Of a stretch of DNA of 64,000 nucleotides, positions 9,173-19,550 are shown in pieces. The notes below the pieces were generated by a model. The model was not told the origin of the DNA, ran no database searches, and saw nothing but the letters and a program-made list of their open reading frames with translations. The DNA lies in NCBI GenBank assembly GCA_964229335.1, contig CAXRCZ010000004.1, forward strand, positions 128,001 through 192,000, given 5' to 3'. A program made the position numbers and the translations under genes. This DNA is from Minisyncoccia bacterium (lineage in GTDB: Bacteria; Patescibacteriota; Minisyncoccia; Phycocordibacterales; UBA918). How positions within the stretch are numbered: the stretch's first letter is position 1; each line of letters starts with the position of its first letter.

Positions 9173-9429
9173 CACTTGTTGTGTAATGAACATAATAACA
9201 GAAATCTGCTATTACTGGGATTGTATCGCTGAAATTAGTGTTTGCTAAGCAAGATGCCTACAGCGTCACAATCGTAACATCTGACGCATATACCTGACCT
9301 TTCTTGAGGTTAGGGTCAGGTTTCAGATTCTGCTCATCTAATTTCTGCAAAAGTTCTATTAATTCGACTAAGTTACTTGCCATATGTGAGAGCTTAGCAG
9401 GACTAGTATTCTCTGGCATTAATATAAAT

Positions 9430-10725
9430 ATGGAAGGAGACATATCTTTGTCAGAGGCACGAGTGAAATATTGTTTATACGCTCGTAAATCTACTGAGTC
9501 AGATGAACAACAGGCATTGTCTATCGATTCTCAGATCAAGGAGATGCAAGCTATTGCTGAGAAGTTGAACCTTAATATTGTTGATGTAAAGCGAGAGTCG
9601 TACTCAGCTAAAGCGTCTGGCAAGCGACCTGTATTTCAAGAGCTACTCAATGAAATAGATTCAGGAAAATATAACGGAATACTCACATGGGCACCTGATA
9701 GATTGAGTCGTAATGCTGGTGACCTAGGTTCAGTCGTTGACTTAATGGATGCGAAGAAGTTAGTTCATATACAAACCTATGGGCAAACTTTCAGTAACTC
9801 ACCAAACGAGAAGTTTCTCCTAATGATTTTATGTTCTCAAGCAAAACTAGAGAACGATAACAAAAGTCAGAATGTACGACGAGGACTCCGAGCTAGGGTT
9901 GAAATGGGATTATGGCCGTGCCGACCACCGACTGGCTATACTAAATTCAAACGTATGGATCAGAAGTGTGAATCTGTAATTGATCCAGAACGAGCGCCAA
10001 TCATTAAGCAGATATTTGAGAAGATTGGTTATGATGGCTGGAGTGGTCGCAAACTCCATATCTGGCTTCGGGATGAATTAGATTTCAAAACTGAGAATGG
10101 TAAGCATCTCAGCCTAGGTAATCTTTATCGTATTCTTGAAAACCATTTCTACTACGGACGGTTTGAATATCCAAAGAATTCAGGGAAATGGTATGACGGC
10201 GCACATGAACCAATCATTACCAAAGAGTTATTCATCATTGTTCAAGAGCAGATTAAGAGTCAAATACTTGAACCACGTTCACAACAAAAAGAATTTGCGT
10301 TTACCAAAGTAATGACGTGCGGACTCTGTGGATCAGGAATCACTGCTGACGAGAAATTCAAGAAACAAAAGAATGGCAACGTCCACCGCTATGTCTATTA
10401 CAAATGCACTCGCACTAAAGATCCTAATTGTGACTGTGGCTTCATCAATGAAAACGACCTCATATCACAACTACAAAACCTGATTGATGATATTGACATC
10501 AAAGTAGTGCCGATGAGAGACAAGATTACTTCTGAGGTTAAAAGATATAAACAATTTCAGCACATGTTACTGGGAAAAGAAGAAAAGATTGCTGTTAGTA
10601 ATATTGATATTAGGAATTATGCGAAGTTCATTTTACAAGAGGGCGATATAGAAGAAAAAAGAGAGTTTCTACGGTGCTTAAAAAGTGCAGTTGTGCTGAA
10701 TAAAAAAGAAGTCTCACTCGTCTAG
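9430..10725 (+). CDS. Large serine recombinase (resolvase, recombinase and Zn-ribbon domains)
   Basis: YARKST, DRLSRN, PPTGY, HEPII, CGLCG...YYKC. Confidence 0.95.
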   Translation: MEGDISLSEARVKYCLYARKSTESDEQQALSIDSQIKEMQAIAEKLNLNIVDVKRESYSAKASGKRPVFQELLNEIDSGKYNGILTWAPDRLSRNAGDLGSVVDLMDAKKLVHIQTYGQTFSNSPNEKFLLMILCSQAKLENDNKSQNVRRGLRARVEMGLWPCRPPTGYTKFKRMDQKCESVIDPERAPIIKQIFEKIGYDGWSGRKLHIWLRDELDFKTENGKHLSLGNLYRILENHFYYGRFEYPKNSGKWYDGAHEPIITKELFIIVQEQIKSQILEPRSQQKEFAFTKVMTCGLCGSGITADEKFKKQKNGNVHRYVYYKCTRTKDPNCDCGFINENDLISQLQNLIDDIDIKVVPMRDKITSEVKRYKQFQHMLLGKEEKIAVSNIDIRNYAKFILQEGDIEEKREFLRCLKSAVVLNKKEVSLV

Positions 10726-10845
10726 TCCATAGGCCATCATTTGCTTTTTTTGGACTAAAGTGTTTCACTATTTGAGTATACGTTGCTCCAATACTTTTTG
10801 CCTCACACATTTTCTCCGAGGTACTTACAATTTAACTAAATATAT

Positions 10846-11664
10846 ATGATCGAATGGTTTTTAGCCTTGGGTCCTGTGACTCAAGCGCTCTTAGCAGGTT
10901 GTTTTACCTGGCTCGTTACTGCACTCGGTGCATCAGGAGTAATCTTCTTTAAAGAAATAAACAAAAAAGTTTTAAACGGAATGCTAGCCTTTGCGGCTGG
11001 TGTGATGATTGCAGCCAGTTTTTGGTCGTTACTCTCTCCGGCAATTGAATTATCAGAAGGCGGTCCACTGCCAAAATGGTCGCCACCTTTGATAGGGTTC
11101 TTACTCGGTGCTGGAACGTTATGGATAATGGACAAAATCATCCCTCACTTGCATCTCGGTGCACCTATGTCAGAAGTTGAGGGAGTAAAGACCTCTTGGC
11201 ACCGTAGTGTCCTTCTGATTTCATCAATAACACTTCATAACATACCTGAAGGATTGGCTATTGGTGTTGCTTTTGGAGCGGCTGCGGCAGGTATTGAAGG
11301 AGCAACAGTTGCAGCAGCGATTGCTCTAGCTGTTGGTATTGGTATACAGAATTTCCCAGAAGGTGCAGCAGTTTCTGTCCCATTGAGACGAGAAGGATTT
11401 ACTCGTAAAAAAGCGTTTTGGTATGGTCAATTTTCAGGAATGGTTGAGCCAATCTCAGCGGTGTTAGGAGCTGCTTTAGTAATAACGTTCTCACCCGTTT
11501 TACCGTATGCACTAGCCTTTGCGGCTGGAGCTATGATGTTTGTAGTCGTTGAAGAATTGATTCCTGAAGCCCAGCGTGGCGGTCCGGGCATGGCAGATTT
11601 TGCCACAGTGGGAGCAATGATTGGTTTTGCTGTAATGATGTCATTAGACGTAGGATTAGGTTAA
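10846..11664 (+). CDS. ZIP family (GufA/ZupT-like) metal transporter
   Basis: LHNIPEG and QNFPEG motifs. Confidence 0.92.
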   Translation: MIEWFLALGPVTQALLAGCFTWLVTALGASGVIFFKEINKKVLNGMLAFAAGVMIAASFWSLLSPAIELSEGGPLPKWSPPLIGFLLGAGTLWIMDKIIPHLHLGAPMSEVEGVKTSWHRSVLLISSITLHNIPEGLAIGVAFGAAAAGIEGATVAAAIALAVGIGIQNFPEGAAVSVPLRREGFTRKKAFWYGQFSGMVEPISAVLGAALVITFSPVLPYALAFAAGAMMFVVVEELIPEAQRGGPGMADFATVGAMIGFAVMMSLDVGLG

Positions 11665-11670
11665 AAATAT

Positions 11671-12579
11671 ATGTCTCACAACCATCATCACGGTCATGGA
11701 CATCACCACCATCACCATGTACCCAGAGGGGGTAACATTTTGTTTGCTGCTATCCTAAATCTATCTTTCACCATCATCGAAATCATTGGTGGTATTTTGA
11801 CCAACAGTGTCGCAATTCTCTCAGACGCTCTGCATGACTTGGGAGACAGTATCGCTTTGTTCACTGCATACATTGCTGAAAAGCAGTCTGAACGTTCACC
11901 TGACAAAAAGCGTACCTTTGGCTACGCTCGTATTTCTGTATTCTCAGCACTCTTTAGTGCCGTGATTCTGATTGTTGGTTCAATCTTTATTTTGACGGAG
12001 GCTATTCAGAGATTATTCAGTCCGGAACCAGTTCACGCTACTGGAATGATTCTATTAGCAATCTTTGGAGTAGGGGTAAACCTTGTGGCGTTCTTTAGAT
12101 TAAGCAAAGGAATGAGTGCCAATGAAAAAGTGCTGTCATGGCACTTACTTGAAGACGTGATTGGCTGGGCAGCTGTACTGGTTGGAGCCATCATCATCTA
12201 CTTCACAGATTTCTATCTCATTGACCCAATCCTAACCGTTGGCTACACCCTGTTCATTCTTTGGGGTGTTTATGGGGGTCTCAAAAATGTCATCAATATC
12301 TTCATGCAGGGGACACCGGCCTCGGTTGATATAGAAAAAATCAAAGAGGCGATTCTAGAAGTTTATGAAGTTCAATCAGTTCACGATATTCACGTGTGGT
12401 CGCTAGATGGTGAGCACAATGTTTTGACCTGTCACGTAGTACTTGATAATGGCACTATAGCTGAAACGAAGAGGATCAAGGAGAGTATAGAAGATAAAAT
12501 GAAATCATTCCACGTCAACCACACAACAATTGAGTGTGAGATTGAAGGAGAGTGTGTTGGAAAAGACTGTAGTCACTAG
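11671..12579 (+). CDS. czcD: CDF family Zn/Co/Cd efflux transporter
   Basis: His-rich N-terminus, SDALHDLGD, TFGYAR, HLLED, HDIHVW, HTTIE. Confidence 0.9.
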   Translation: MSHNHHHGHGHHHHHHVPRGGNILFAAILNLSFTIIEIIGGILTNSVAILSDALHDLGDSIALFTAYIAEKQSERSPDKKRTFGYARISVFSALFSAVILIVGSIFILTEAIQRLFSPEPVHATGMILLAIFGVGVNLVAFFRLSKGMSANEKVLSWHLLEDVIGWAAVLVGAIIIYFTDFYLIDPILTVGYTLFILWGVYGGLKNVINIFMQGTPASVDIEKIKEAILEVYEVQSVHDIHVWSLDGEHNVLTCHVVLDNGTIAETKRIKESIEDKMKSFHVNHTTIECEIEGECVGKDCSH

Positions 12580-12642
12580 TTTGTTGGAATGTAGACATAT
12601 CGTTTAATCTTATGTATTTATCTGATAAAATGGTCAGGATAT

Positions 12643-13047
12643 ATGCGGAAATTACTTAATGCTAATTCGATACGTAGAATACTGATTTTCTTAGGGATTG
12701 GTTTTTTCTTGTTGGCAGTGACACTGTGTGCACATTTTGCAAATCCAACCGATTACGCCACCGACACTAGTGTTGCTACGTGTGATTTGTCAGAAGTAAT
12801 ATCATCAATTTCTGTCTCAAAAGAAAGCATGGGACTACTGTTCCTGTTGATGCTTTTAGCATTAGCGTCCCTTGCTTTACCTACTATTTCTTCATATCCA
12901 AAAACAGAGGTGTGTTTGCAGTCGCTCTACTCACAGACCTATTCAATTACGAATGAATCTTGGTACAAAGTTTTAGACCCTTTTTTACTTGCGCTCCGTA
13001 AAGGAATCATACATCCCAAGCTATACAACACAGCGATAATTAGCTAA
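12643..13047 (+). CDS. Putative metal-sensing leader peptide 2 (GIIHPK)
   Basis: TM, CAH..C loop, TM, then FLLALRKGIIHPKLY; TGATAAAAT upstream. Confidence 0.65.
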   Translation: MRKLLNANSIRRILIFLGIGFFLLAVTLCAHFANPTDYATDTSVATCDLSEVISSISVSKESMGLLFLLMLLALASLALPTISSYPKTEVCLQSLYSQTYSITNESWYKVLDPFLLALRKGIIHPKLYNTAIIS

Positions 13048-13098
13048 CGTTCACGACTGCTGATAAGTCAGCTTTTCGTGATACACGTTGGCTTTTTT
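13042..13098 (+). terminator. Terminator/attenuator hairpin overlapping the stop codon of leader 2
   Basis: Nested stems AGCTAACGT/ACGTTGGCT, TCACGA/TCGTGA, GCTGA/TCAGC, then a T tract. Confidence 0.7.
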
Positions 13099-13148
13099 GC
13101 TATTCATTTATTTACTCTAGAACGTTTAACACAAAACCTATTAATTTT

Positions 13149-13907
13149 ATGGAAGAAACTATTACACAGAAACCTACTAACCCGTACCTGATACCCTTGG
13201 CTATCGTTGTTGCTGGCGGGTTGATTGCAGGGGCGTTGTACTTCGGCACAAATGGAAACACAGTAGCTCCAGTAGCGGTAAACAATAATGCTGAACAAAC
13301 AGCCCAAGCAGCACCACCGCCAACTGGCTCAACTGATGACGTTAGACCAGTTACTTCTGAAGACCACATTAAAGGCAATCCTGACGCACCAATTAAAATT
13401 GTTGAATATTCTGACTTTGAGTGTCCATTCTGCAAGCGGTTCCACGACACTATGAATGAAGTTATGGATAAGTACGGCGAGAGTGGCGAAGTCGCTTGGG
13501 TGTTTAGACAATTTCCATTAGAGCAGTTACATCCAGTAAAAGCTCAGCGAGCAGCAGTTGCATCAGAGTGTGCAGCAGAGTTGGGAGGAAACAATGCGTT
13601 CTGGACCTTTACTGACGGATACTTCGCAGACCCTTCAACTGGAAACAATCGAACGAACCAAGACGTGTTAATTCCTGAATTAGCAGCTGCAGCTGGTCTG
13701 GACAGTAATCAGTTTAATGAATGTCTTGAAAGTGGTAAATACGATAATCATATAGACGCAGATATCGCCAATGCGGTCGAAACCGGCGGGCGTGGTACAC
13801 CATGGAGTGTCATGATTGGCCCTGATGGTGCAACCTATCCAATTAATGGCGCGCAACCTCTAGCGGCCGTTGAGCAACTTATTTCAATTGCGAAAGACGG
13901 TCAGTAA
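13149..13907 (+). CDS. DsbA/BdbD family thiol-disulfide oxidoreductase
   Basis: EYSDFECPFC, GTP, GAQP; N-terminal TM. Confidence 0.92.
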   Translation: MEETITQKPTNPYLIPLAIVVAGGLIAGALYFGTNGNTVAPVAVNNNAEQTAQAAPPPTGSTDDVRPVTSEDHIKGNPDAPIKIVEYSDFECPFCKRFHDTMNEVMDKYGESGEVAWVFRQFPLEQLHPVKAQRAAVASECAAELGGNNAFWTFTDGYFADPSTGNNRTNQDVLIPELAAAAGLDSNQFNECLESGKYDNHIDADIANAVETGGRGTPWSVMIGPDGATYPINGAQPLAAVEQLISIAKDGQ

Positions 13908-13912
13908 CTATC

Positions 13913-14461
13913 ATGTACCTCAAGACGTTTAAGCAAGTTCTGGCAAAATCCGTCTATGCGGGACTGTTTCTAGCGGTGAGTTTTTTTGTGCTGTCGATTG
14001 CCATCTTGTTGCCACACATCGGACTGTTAAAAACCTTATGGCAGTACGAATCAGTGTCGTTACTCGAAATCGGGTTGATGACTGTGAATCTCTACGGTTC
14101 ACTAGGAACAAATTTTTCGTTTCTGTCAGCAACATACACGATACTCATTGCCGTATTATTTGGTCTACAAGTAACTCTTCTCACCTATTACGTCAGGAGT
14201 ATACGGAGCAAAATAACCAATCTCACCAGCGTAGGTGCTAGTAGTATCGGCGGCCTCGTTAGTGGATTTTTCGGCATTGGTTGTGCCGCTTGTGGAACTT
14301 TCTTACTGTCTTCAATTCTTGTTTTGTTTGGTGCAGGTGGCTTACTCGCTTGGCTACCCTTTGGTGGAGAAGAGTTCGGTTTGCTTGGTGTGGGGCTGCT
14401 CTTGTATGCCAATCACATCGTCGTAAAGAAAATAAATGCACCACTAGTGTGTGCATCGTAA
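13913..14461 (+). CDS. Membrane protein with CxxC (GCAACG)
   Basis: Several TMs, GIGCAACG, C-terminal Cys. Confidence 0.7.
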   Translation: MYLKTFKQVLAKSVYAGLFLAVSFFVLSIAILLPHIGLLKTLWQYESVSLLEIGLMTVNLYGSLGTNFSFLSATYTILIAVLFGLQVTLLTYYVRSIRSKITNLTSVGASSIGGLVSGFFGIGCAACGTFLLSSILVLFGAGGLLAWLPFGGEEFGLLGVGLLLYANHIVVKKINAPLVCAS

Positions 14462-14488
14462 TCAAAATTTATTCTTAAGTAATTAAAC

Positions 14489-15022
14489 ATGAAACCATTA
14501 ATAATTATTGTTGGTCTATCAGTACTCCTTCTCGTAGGTGGTTCGTGGTGGTCAAACAACGCACAACAGAAAGTATACGAACAAGAAATTGTCGGTATTA
14601 CATCTACTATTGTGACAGATCGTAGCCATGTACAGACTGAAGTAGACTACAAAGACACTCCTCCGGTTGGTGGGAATCATCATCCTGTCTGGTTGAGCTG
14701 TAATGGCGACATCTACGATGAGCCAGTGGTAGATGAAAATGCGGTTCATTCACTTGAGCATGGTGCCGTCTGGATTACCTATCAGCCAGAACTTGCTGCC
14801 GAACAAATTGAAATTCTCAAAGGTAAAGTGAAAGGATACTCTTTCATGAGTCCGTACCCAGAACAAGAGTCACCAATTATGCTCACAGCGTGGGGTGTAC
14901 AACTTCCACTTGATGCAGCTGATGATCCTCGGATAGATCAGTTTCTAGCAAAATTCCGCCAAGGACCACAAACGCCTGAGCCGGGTGCAACCTGTAATGC
15001 CATTCCGGGAGGAATGCAGTAA
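14489..15022 (+). CDS. DUF3105 family protein
   Basis: PPVGGNH, VHSLEHGAVWITY, LTAWG, PEPGA. Confidence 0.88.
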   Translation: MKPLIIIVGLSVLLLVGGSWWSNNAQQKVYEQEIVGITSTIVTDRSHVQTEVDYKDTPPVGGNHHPVWLSCNGDIYDEPVVDENAVHSLEHGAVWITYQPELAAEQIEILKGKVKGYSFMSPYPEQESPIMLTAWGVQLPLDAADDPRIDQFLAKFRQGPQTPEPGATCNAIPGGMQ

Positions 15023-15030
15023 ACTGAACT

Positions 15031-15654
15031 ATGAATTATCAAGCTATTAAAAGACAGTTGCCAGCCCTCCTTATCGGGATTGTTGTTGGTGTTGGAATGT
15101 TCTTGCTCGGTCAGAATTCTATTCCACTCGATAAACCAAATGAGGCAGAGATTGGTTTTGCACAGGACATGAGTGTTCACCATCAACAAGCAATCGAAAT
15201 GTCATTTCTTGTTCGAGAAAAAACCGATGATCAAGAGATTCGCGGTTTTGCCTTTGACATCATTAACACCCAAGCCAACCAGCGTGGCATGATGCTTGGT
15301 TGGCTGGATTTGTGGCAACAGCCACTCTCAACCACTAAAACGCCAATGATGTGGATGATGGATGATATGTCTTTTATGGATCACAGTCAGATGACAAAAG
15401 ACTTTACCTCTGGAGCATACATGCCCGGCATGGCAACCAGTGACGAAATGCAGACACTTGTTGAAGCGAGCGGAACAGACGCTGAGCAGTTATTTCTCGA
15501 GCTGATGATTCGCCATCATAAAGGCGGTGTCATGATGGCAGACGGGGTTATAAAGCGCAGTGAGAATGAAACAGTCACTCGCTTGGCGCAAACCATGGTC
15601 AACGGTCAACAGGCAGAGATTGATTACATGAATGAGTTATTAACAAACTACTAA
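15031..15654 (+). CDS. DUF305 family protein
   Basis: FAQDMSVHHQQA, MPGMA, FLELMIRHHKGG. Confidence 0.9.
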   Translation: MNYQAIKRQLPALLIGIVVGVGMFLLGQNSIPLDKPNEAEIGFAQDMSVHHQQAIEMSFLVREKTDDQEIRGFAFDIINTQANQRGMMLGWLDLWQQPLSTTKTPMMWMMDDMSFMDHSQMTKDFTSGAYMPGMATSDEMQTLVEASGTDAEQLFLELMIRHHKGGVMMADGVIKRSENETVTRLAQTMVNGQQAEIDYMNELLTNY

Positions 15655-15663
15655 AGAAATAAT

Positions 15664-16323
15664 ATGGAAGAAACACAAATAAGCGAAGATCCTGTTAAAC
15701 ATAACGAGATAGAAACTCCTGCTACAGCAGTAAAGATTCAACAAAAACCACTGCTAATGTACGGTGCAGTTGTTTTAGTTGTCGTCTTGATACTAGGTGC
15801 ACTTTTATACTCGCAAGGAATTATTGTGGCAGCCAAAGTAAATGGCGAGTCCATTAGTCGTCTTAGCGTTCTTAGTGAATTAGAAGATCAAGCTGGAGCA
15901 GCGGTACTTGATTCTCTTATCTCAGATATCCTGATTGAACAAGCTGCGACTGAAGCGGGTGTTACTGTAACTGATGCTGATGTGGTAACAGAGATAGCGG
16001 CCATCGAATCACAAATTTCTGGACAGGGTGGAACTCTCGAGGATGTGTTGGCGCAACAGGGATTAACCCGAGAAAGTCTCACGAAGCAAATCAGAACACA
16101 AAAGATGTTAGAGACGTTATTTGCCTCAGACATTACGGTCACTGAGGAAGAAGTTAACGCGTTTATTGAAGCCAATGGACCCTTACCAGAAGGGCAAGAA
16201 GAAGCACTGCGTCCGCAGATAGAAGAACAAATCAAAAGTCAGAAATTTAGCACTGCTGCACAAAGCTACATTACCGGTTTACGCACACAGGCAAACATTC
16301 AGTACTTCGTAGACTATGAATAG
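15664..16323 (+). CDS. SurA-N/PrsA-like extracytoplasmic chaperone
   Basis: TM, AAKVNGESI, ITVTEEEV; no parvulin domain. Confidence 0.75.
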   Translation: MEETQISEDPVKHNEIETPATAVKIQQKPLLMYGAVVLVVVLILGALLYSQGIIVAAKVNGESISRLSVLSELEDQAGAAVLDSLISDILIEQAATEAGVTVTDADVVTEIAAIESQISGQGGTLEDVLAQQGLTRESLTKQIRTQKMLETLFASDITVTEEEVNAFIEANGPLPEGQEEALRPQIEEQIKSQKFSTAAQSYITGLRTQANIQYFVDYE

Positions 16324-17578
16324 TATGAAATATATTTTATTTAGCTTACTGGTATTTTCTTTGCTCGGCGGCTTGTTTGCAACCATACACAACTCAGAAG
16401 TAACCACCGTTACGTACAAACGTGATACTCCTAGTGTCACGACAGAAGTGGTCACCCAAATAGCTGAACCAGAAGAAATAGTTGAGGAACCAGTTGTATC
16501 GACCGGAAACCAAGTAAAAGAAATTGAAATTCAACCAGGCGACACTTTCTCAACCATTATGGAAGAAGTAGATGTGACGGATGAGGAACAAAGTTCGATT
16601 CTTGTTGCTGTCCAAGATGTCTATGACTTCACCAAACTACAAGCTGGCAAACTGATACACGTTGTCTTTGCGCAGGACGCGTTAGCGTCGGTTGACTATG
16701 ACCTGAACGACGATAAGAAGATTGTGATTGAAAACGTTGACGGTGAGTTTGTAGCTAAAGAAGAAGCGATTGAGTATGACATTACTGAAGCAGTACGTAG
16801 TGTCACAATTGAGTCTTCATTATTCTACGACGGTGCAAGTGCTGGCTTGTCCGACAAGACTTTGGTTGAACTAGCCGAAATCTTTCAATGGGACATAGAC
16901 TTCAGTACTGACATTCAGATTGACGACTCGTTTGTTGTTTTGTATGAAGAGCGAAAAACAAAAGACGGTGAAGAAGCCAGTGCCGGAAAAATTCTCGCTG
17001 CTCAGTTCACTAATCAAGGCGAGACGTACGAGGCGTACTACTTTGAAACATCAAGTAGTACAGGTGGTTACTACGCTGCCAATGGTGAGAGTGTTGAACG
17101 TCAGTTCTTAAGCTCACCAATTGGTGTTGGGTACGTGAGTTCAGGTTTCAGTTATAGCCGACTGAATCCAATTACCAAACGTGTGACTCCACACCGAGCT
17201 ATCGACTACGCTGCGCCTCATGGCACACCCATTGTAGCTATCGCAGACGGCGAAGTGACATTATCAGGCAACAGAGGTCCACTTGGTATTGCCATTGATC
17301 TTGATCACGGACAATACATGAGTCAATACGCTCACATGTCTAGTATCGATTCTGCAGTGAAGAAAAATCCAAAAGTGAAACAAGGACAGGTTATCGGATA
17401 CGTTGGTTCAACTGGTCAATCAACTGGTCCTCACTTGCACTACACACTTTTCAAAGACGGAAACCCTATCAATCCAGCTGATGTTGATATGCCAGTCGGT
17501 GAATTACTCACTGAAACAGAGCTTGATGACTTTCAGGTCGTTGCTGATGGCTATAAGATTCAATTGGGTGTAAATTAA
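16316..17578 (+). CDS. M23 family peptidoglycan endopeptidase (MepM-like)
   Basis: HRAIDYAAP, YAHM, TGPHLHY. Confidence 0.9.
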   Translation: MNSMKYILFSLLVFSLLGGLFATIHNSEVTTVTYKRDTPSVTTEVVTQIAEPEEIVEEPVVSTGNQVKEIEIQPGDTFSTIMEEVDVTDEEQSSILVAVQDVYDFTKLQAGKLIHVVFAQDALASVDYDLNDDKKIVIENVDGEFVAKEEAIEYDITEAVRSVTIESSLFYDGASAGLSDKTLVELAEIFQWDIDFSTDIQIDDSFVVLYEERKTKDGEEASAGKILAAQFTNQGETYEAYYFETSSSTGGYYAANGESVERQFLSSPIGVGYVSSGFSYSRLNPITKRVTPHRAIDYAAPHGTPIVAIADGEVTLSGNRGPLGIAIDLDHGQYMSQYAHMSSIDSAVKKNPKVKQGQVIGYVGSTGQSTGPHLHYTLFKDGNPINPADVDMPVGELLTETELDDFQVVADGYKIQLGVN

Positions 17579-17592
17579 TCTAATTTATTAGT

Positions 17593-19548
17593 ATGACTGA
17601 AAAACATAACAACAATGCAGCTGTCTGTGATGACTGTGGAGCTGGGGACGAGACTACTCCTGTTACCGGCCTACGATCACTCTTCTCTCGCAGTGGTGCA
17701 CTTAAAATGCTTACGCCTATTTCGGGAATGTTGCTTGTTTTAGCTTTTTTGAGTTCTTATTCATTACCACAACCAGGTTTTGCAACCTTGTTCTACTTAC
17801 TATCGCTCTTGACTGGTTCGGTGTTTGTGGTACAAAGCGCGATTACTGGACTGGTAAAACAGCGGTTCTTAAACATCAGTTTTTTGGTGGTTATTGCGTC
17901 GATTGGTGCTATCTATATCGGTGAGTACGCTGAGGCAGCTGCGGTAGTATTCTTCTTTGCCTTAGCGGAACTCTTTGAAAGTTACGGCGTTGAACGCTCA
18001 CGGCGAGCAGTAGCAGCATTGATTAAAAAATCACCCAAAGTAGCTCGAATGTTAGATGGTACTACTATGCCGGTTGAGGAAGTGGTTGTTGGAACCATTG
18101 TTGTTGTAAAGCCTGGAGAGCAGATTCCGTTAGATGGTGTGGTTACCAAAGGAGAGTCGACCATTGATGAGGCGTCCATTACAGGCGAATCTATTCCGGT
18201 TGATAAAACTACTGATGATCAAGTGTTTGCCAGCACTATGAATGTGCAAGGGTATCTTGAGATTAGGGTTGAGAAAGCTAGCCAAGACTCAACGTTTGCT
18301 CGGATTATTACTCTCATTGAAGAAGCACAAGCATCGCGGGCACCTACTCAGGCGTTCATCGACAAGTTTGCCCGCTACTACACGCCAGCCGTTGTTATAC
18401 TGTCTATTTTGATTGCCGTAATACCAACCTTAGTCTTTGGTCTACCGTTTGAAGACTGGCTCTATCGAGCGCTCATTCTCTTAGTTATTGCCTGTCCATG
18501 TGCATTGGTGATTGCTACACCAGTGGCGATTGCTTCAGCGATTGGCGGAGCGTCACGTAGTGGCATTCTCATAAAAGGTGGGAAATATCTTGAAAAATTA
18601 GCTAGCGTTAAAGCGATTGCATTTGATAAGACTCGTACTCTCACCTATGGCACCCATACTGTTACTGATGTCATAGCTTTTGGTTCGCATAGTAAAGAGA
18701 AGGTTATTGCTGATGCGGCTGGTATTGAATTATTTTCTTCACATCCACTTGCTGAAGCAATTATTGCCTATGCAAAAGAACAGAATATCGAGCCACATAA
18801 AATGGACTCCTATGAGAATGTGGCTGGCAAGGGTGGACGAGCACAGTGTTTGGTGTGTGAAGCCGATAGTTATATCGGTAACAGAAAACTACTGACCGAA
18901 AGCGGTATCGACAGCACCACATTTGAAGCAGATGTAGAACGCTTAGAAAAAGAAGGTAAAACGGTGGTGTTGGTAGCTGAAGGTAAGGAAGTAATTGGAG
19001 CGCTCGCGATTTCCGATCAAGTTCGTGAAGAAGCATCAGAAGTAATTGATGTACTCAGAAGAAGGGGTGTTGAGAGCGCAATGCTTACTGGTGACAACGA
19101 GCATAGTGCAGCCTACGTTGCTAATCTGATTGGTATAAATGACGTTAAAGCCTCATTACTGCCTGAAGAAAAAGTAACCAGCGTGAAAGAACTAAGAGAC
19201 AAGTATCACTCAGTGGCGATGGTTGGTGATGGAGTAAATGACGCTCCATCACTCGTTACATCAGACGTGGGGTTTGCTATTGGTGCTGGTGGTACCGATG
19301 CTGCTATAGAATCAGCTGACATAACTCTGTTATCTGGAGACTTACGGACTATCCCACAGTCAATCAAACTAGCTCGCGCTACGGTTAAAACTATTCGAAC
19401 AAACATTATTCTCGCACTTGGTATAAAAATCCTCTTCCTCATTCTCGTGCCGTTTGGTTTAACTAACCTGGTGTTCGCCATTGCCGCTGATTCAGGTATG
19501 GCTATTGTCGTAATTCTTAACAGCTTGAGGCTCTTTGCGGTGAAATAA
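17593..19548 (+). CDS. Heavy-metal P1B-type ATPase (ZntA/CadA-like)
   Basis: TGES, CPC, DKTRT (variant), HPLA, GDGVNDAP; N-terminal CDDC. Confidence 0.92.
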   Translation: MTEKHNNNAAVCDDCGAGDETTPVTGLRSLFSRSGALKMLTPISGMLLVLAFLSSYSLPQPGFATLFYLLSLLTGSVFVVQSAITGLVKQRFLNISFLVVIASIGAIYIGEYAEAAAVVFFFALAELFESYGVERSRRAVAALIKKSPKVARMLDGTTMPVEEVVVGTIVVVKPGEQIPLDGVVTKGESTIDEASITGESIPVDKTTDDQVFASTMNVQGYLEIRVEKASQDSTFARIITLIEEAQASRAPTQAFIDKFARYYTPAVVILSILIAVIPTLVFGLPFEDWLYRALILLVIACPCALVIATPVAIASAIGGASRSGILIKGGKYLEKLASVKAIAFDKTRTLTYGTHTVTDVIAFGSHSKEKVIADAAGIELFSSHPLAEAIIAYAKEQNIEPHKMDSYENVAGKGGRAQCLVCEADSYIGNRKLLTESGIDSTTFEADVERLEKEGKTVVLVAEGKEVIGALAISDQVREEASEVIDVLRRRGVESAMLTGDNEHSAAYVANLIGINDVKASLLPEEKVTSVKELRDKYHSVAMVGDGVNDAPSLVTSDVGFAIGAGGTDAAIESADITLLSGDLRTIPQSIKLARATVKTIRTNIILALGIKILFLILVPFGLTNLVFAIAADSGMAIVVILNSLRLFAVK

Positions 19549-19550
19549 AC

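Noticed and set aside
9005-9429. N-terminal extensions given by the ORF track for 8543-9094 and 9304-10725
   Set aside because: Recognisable domains begin at ATG 9004 and ATG 9430; the extensions cover structured or promoter DNA
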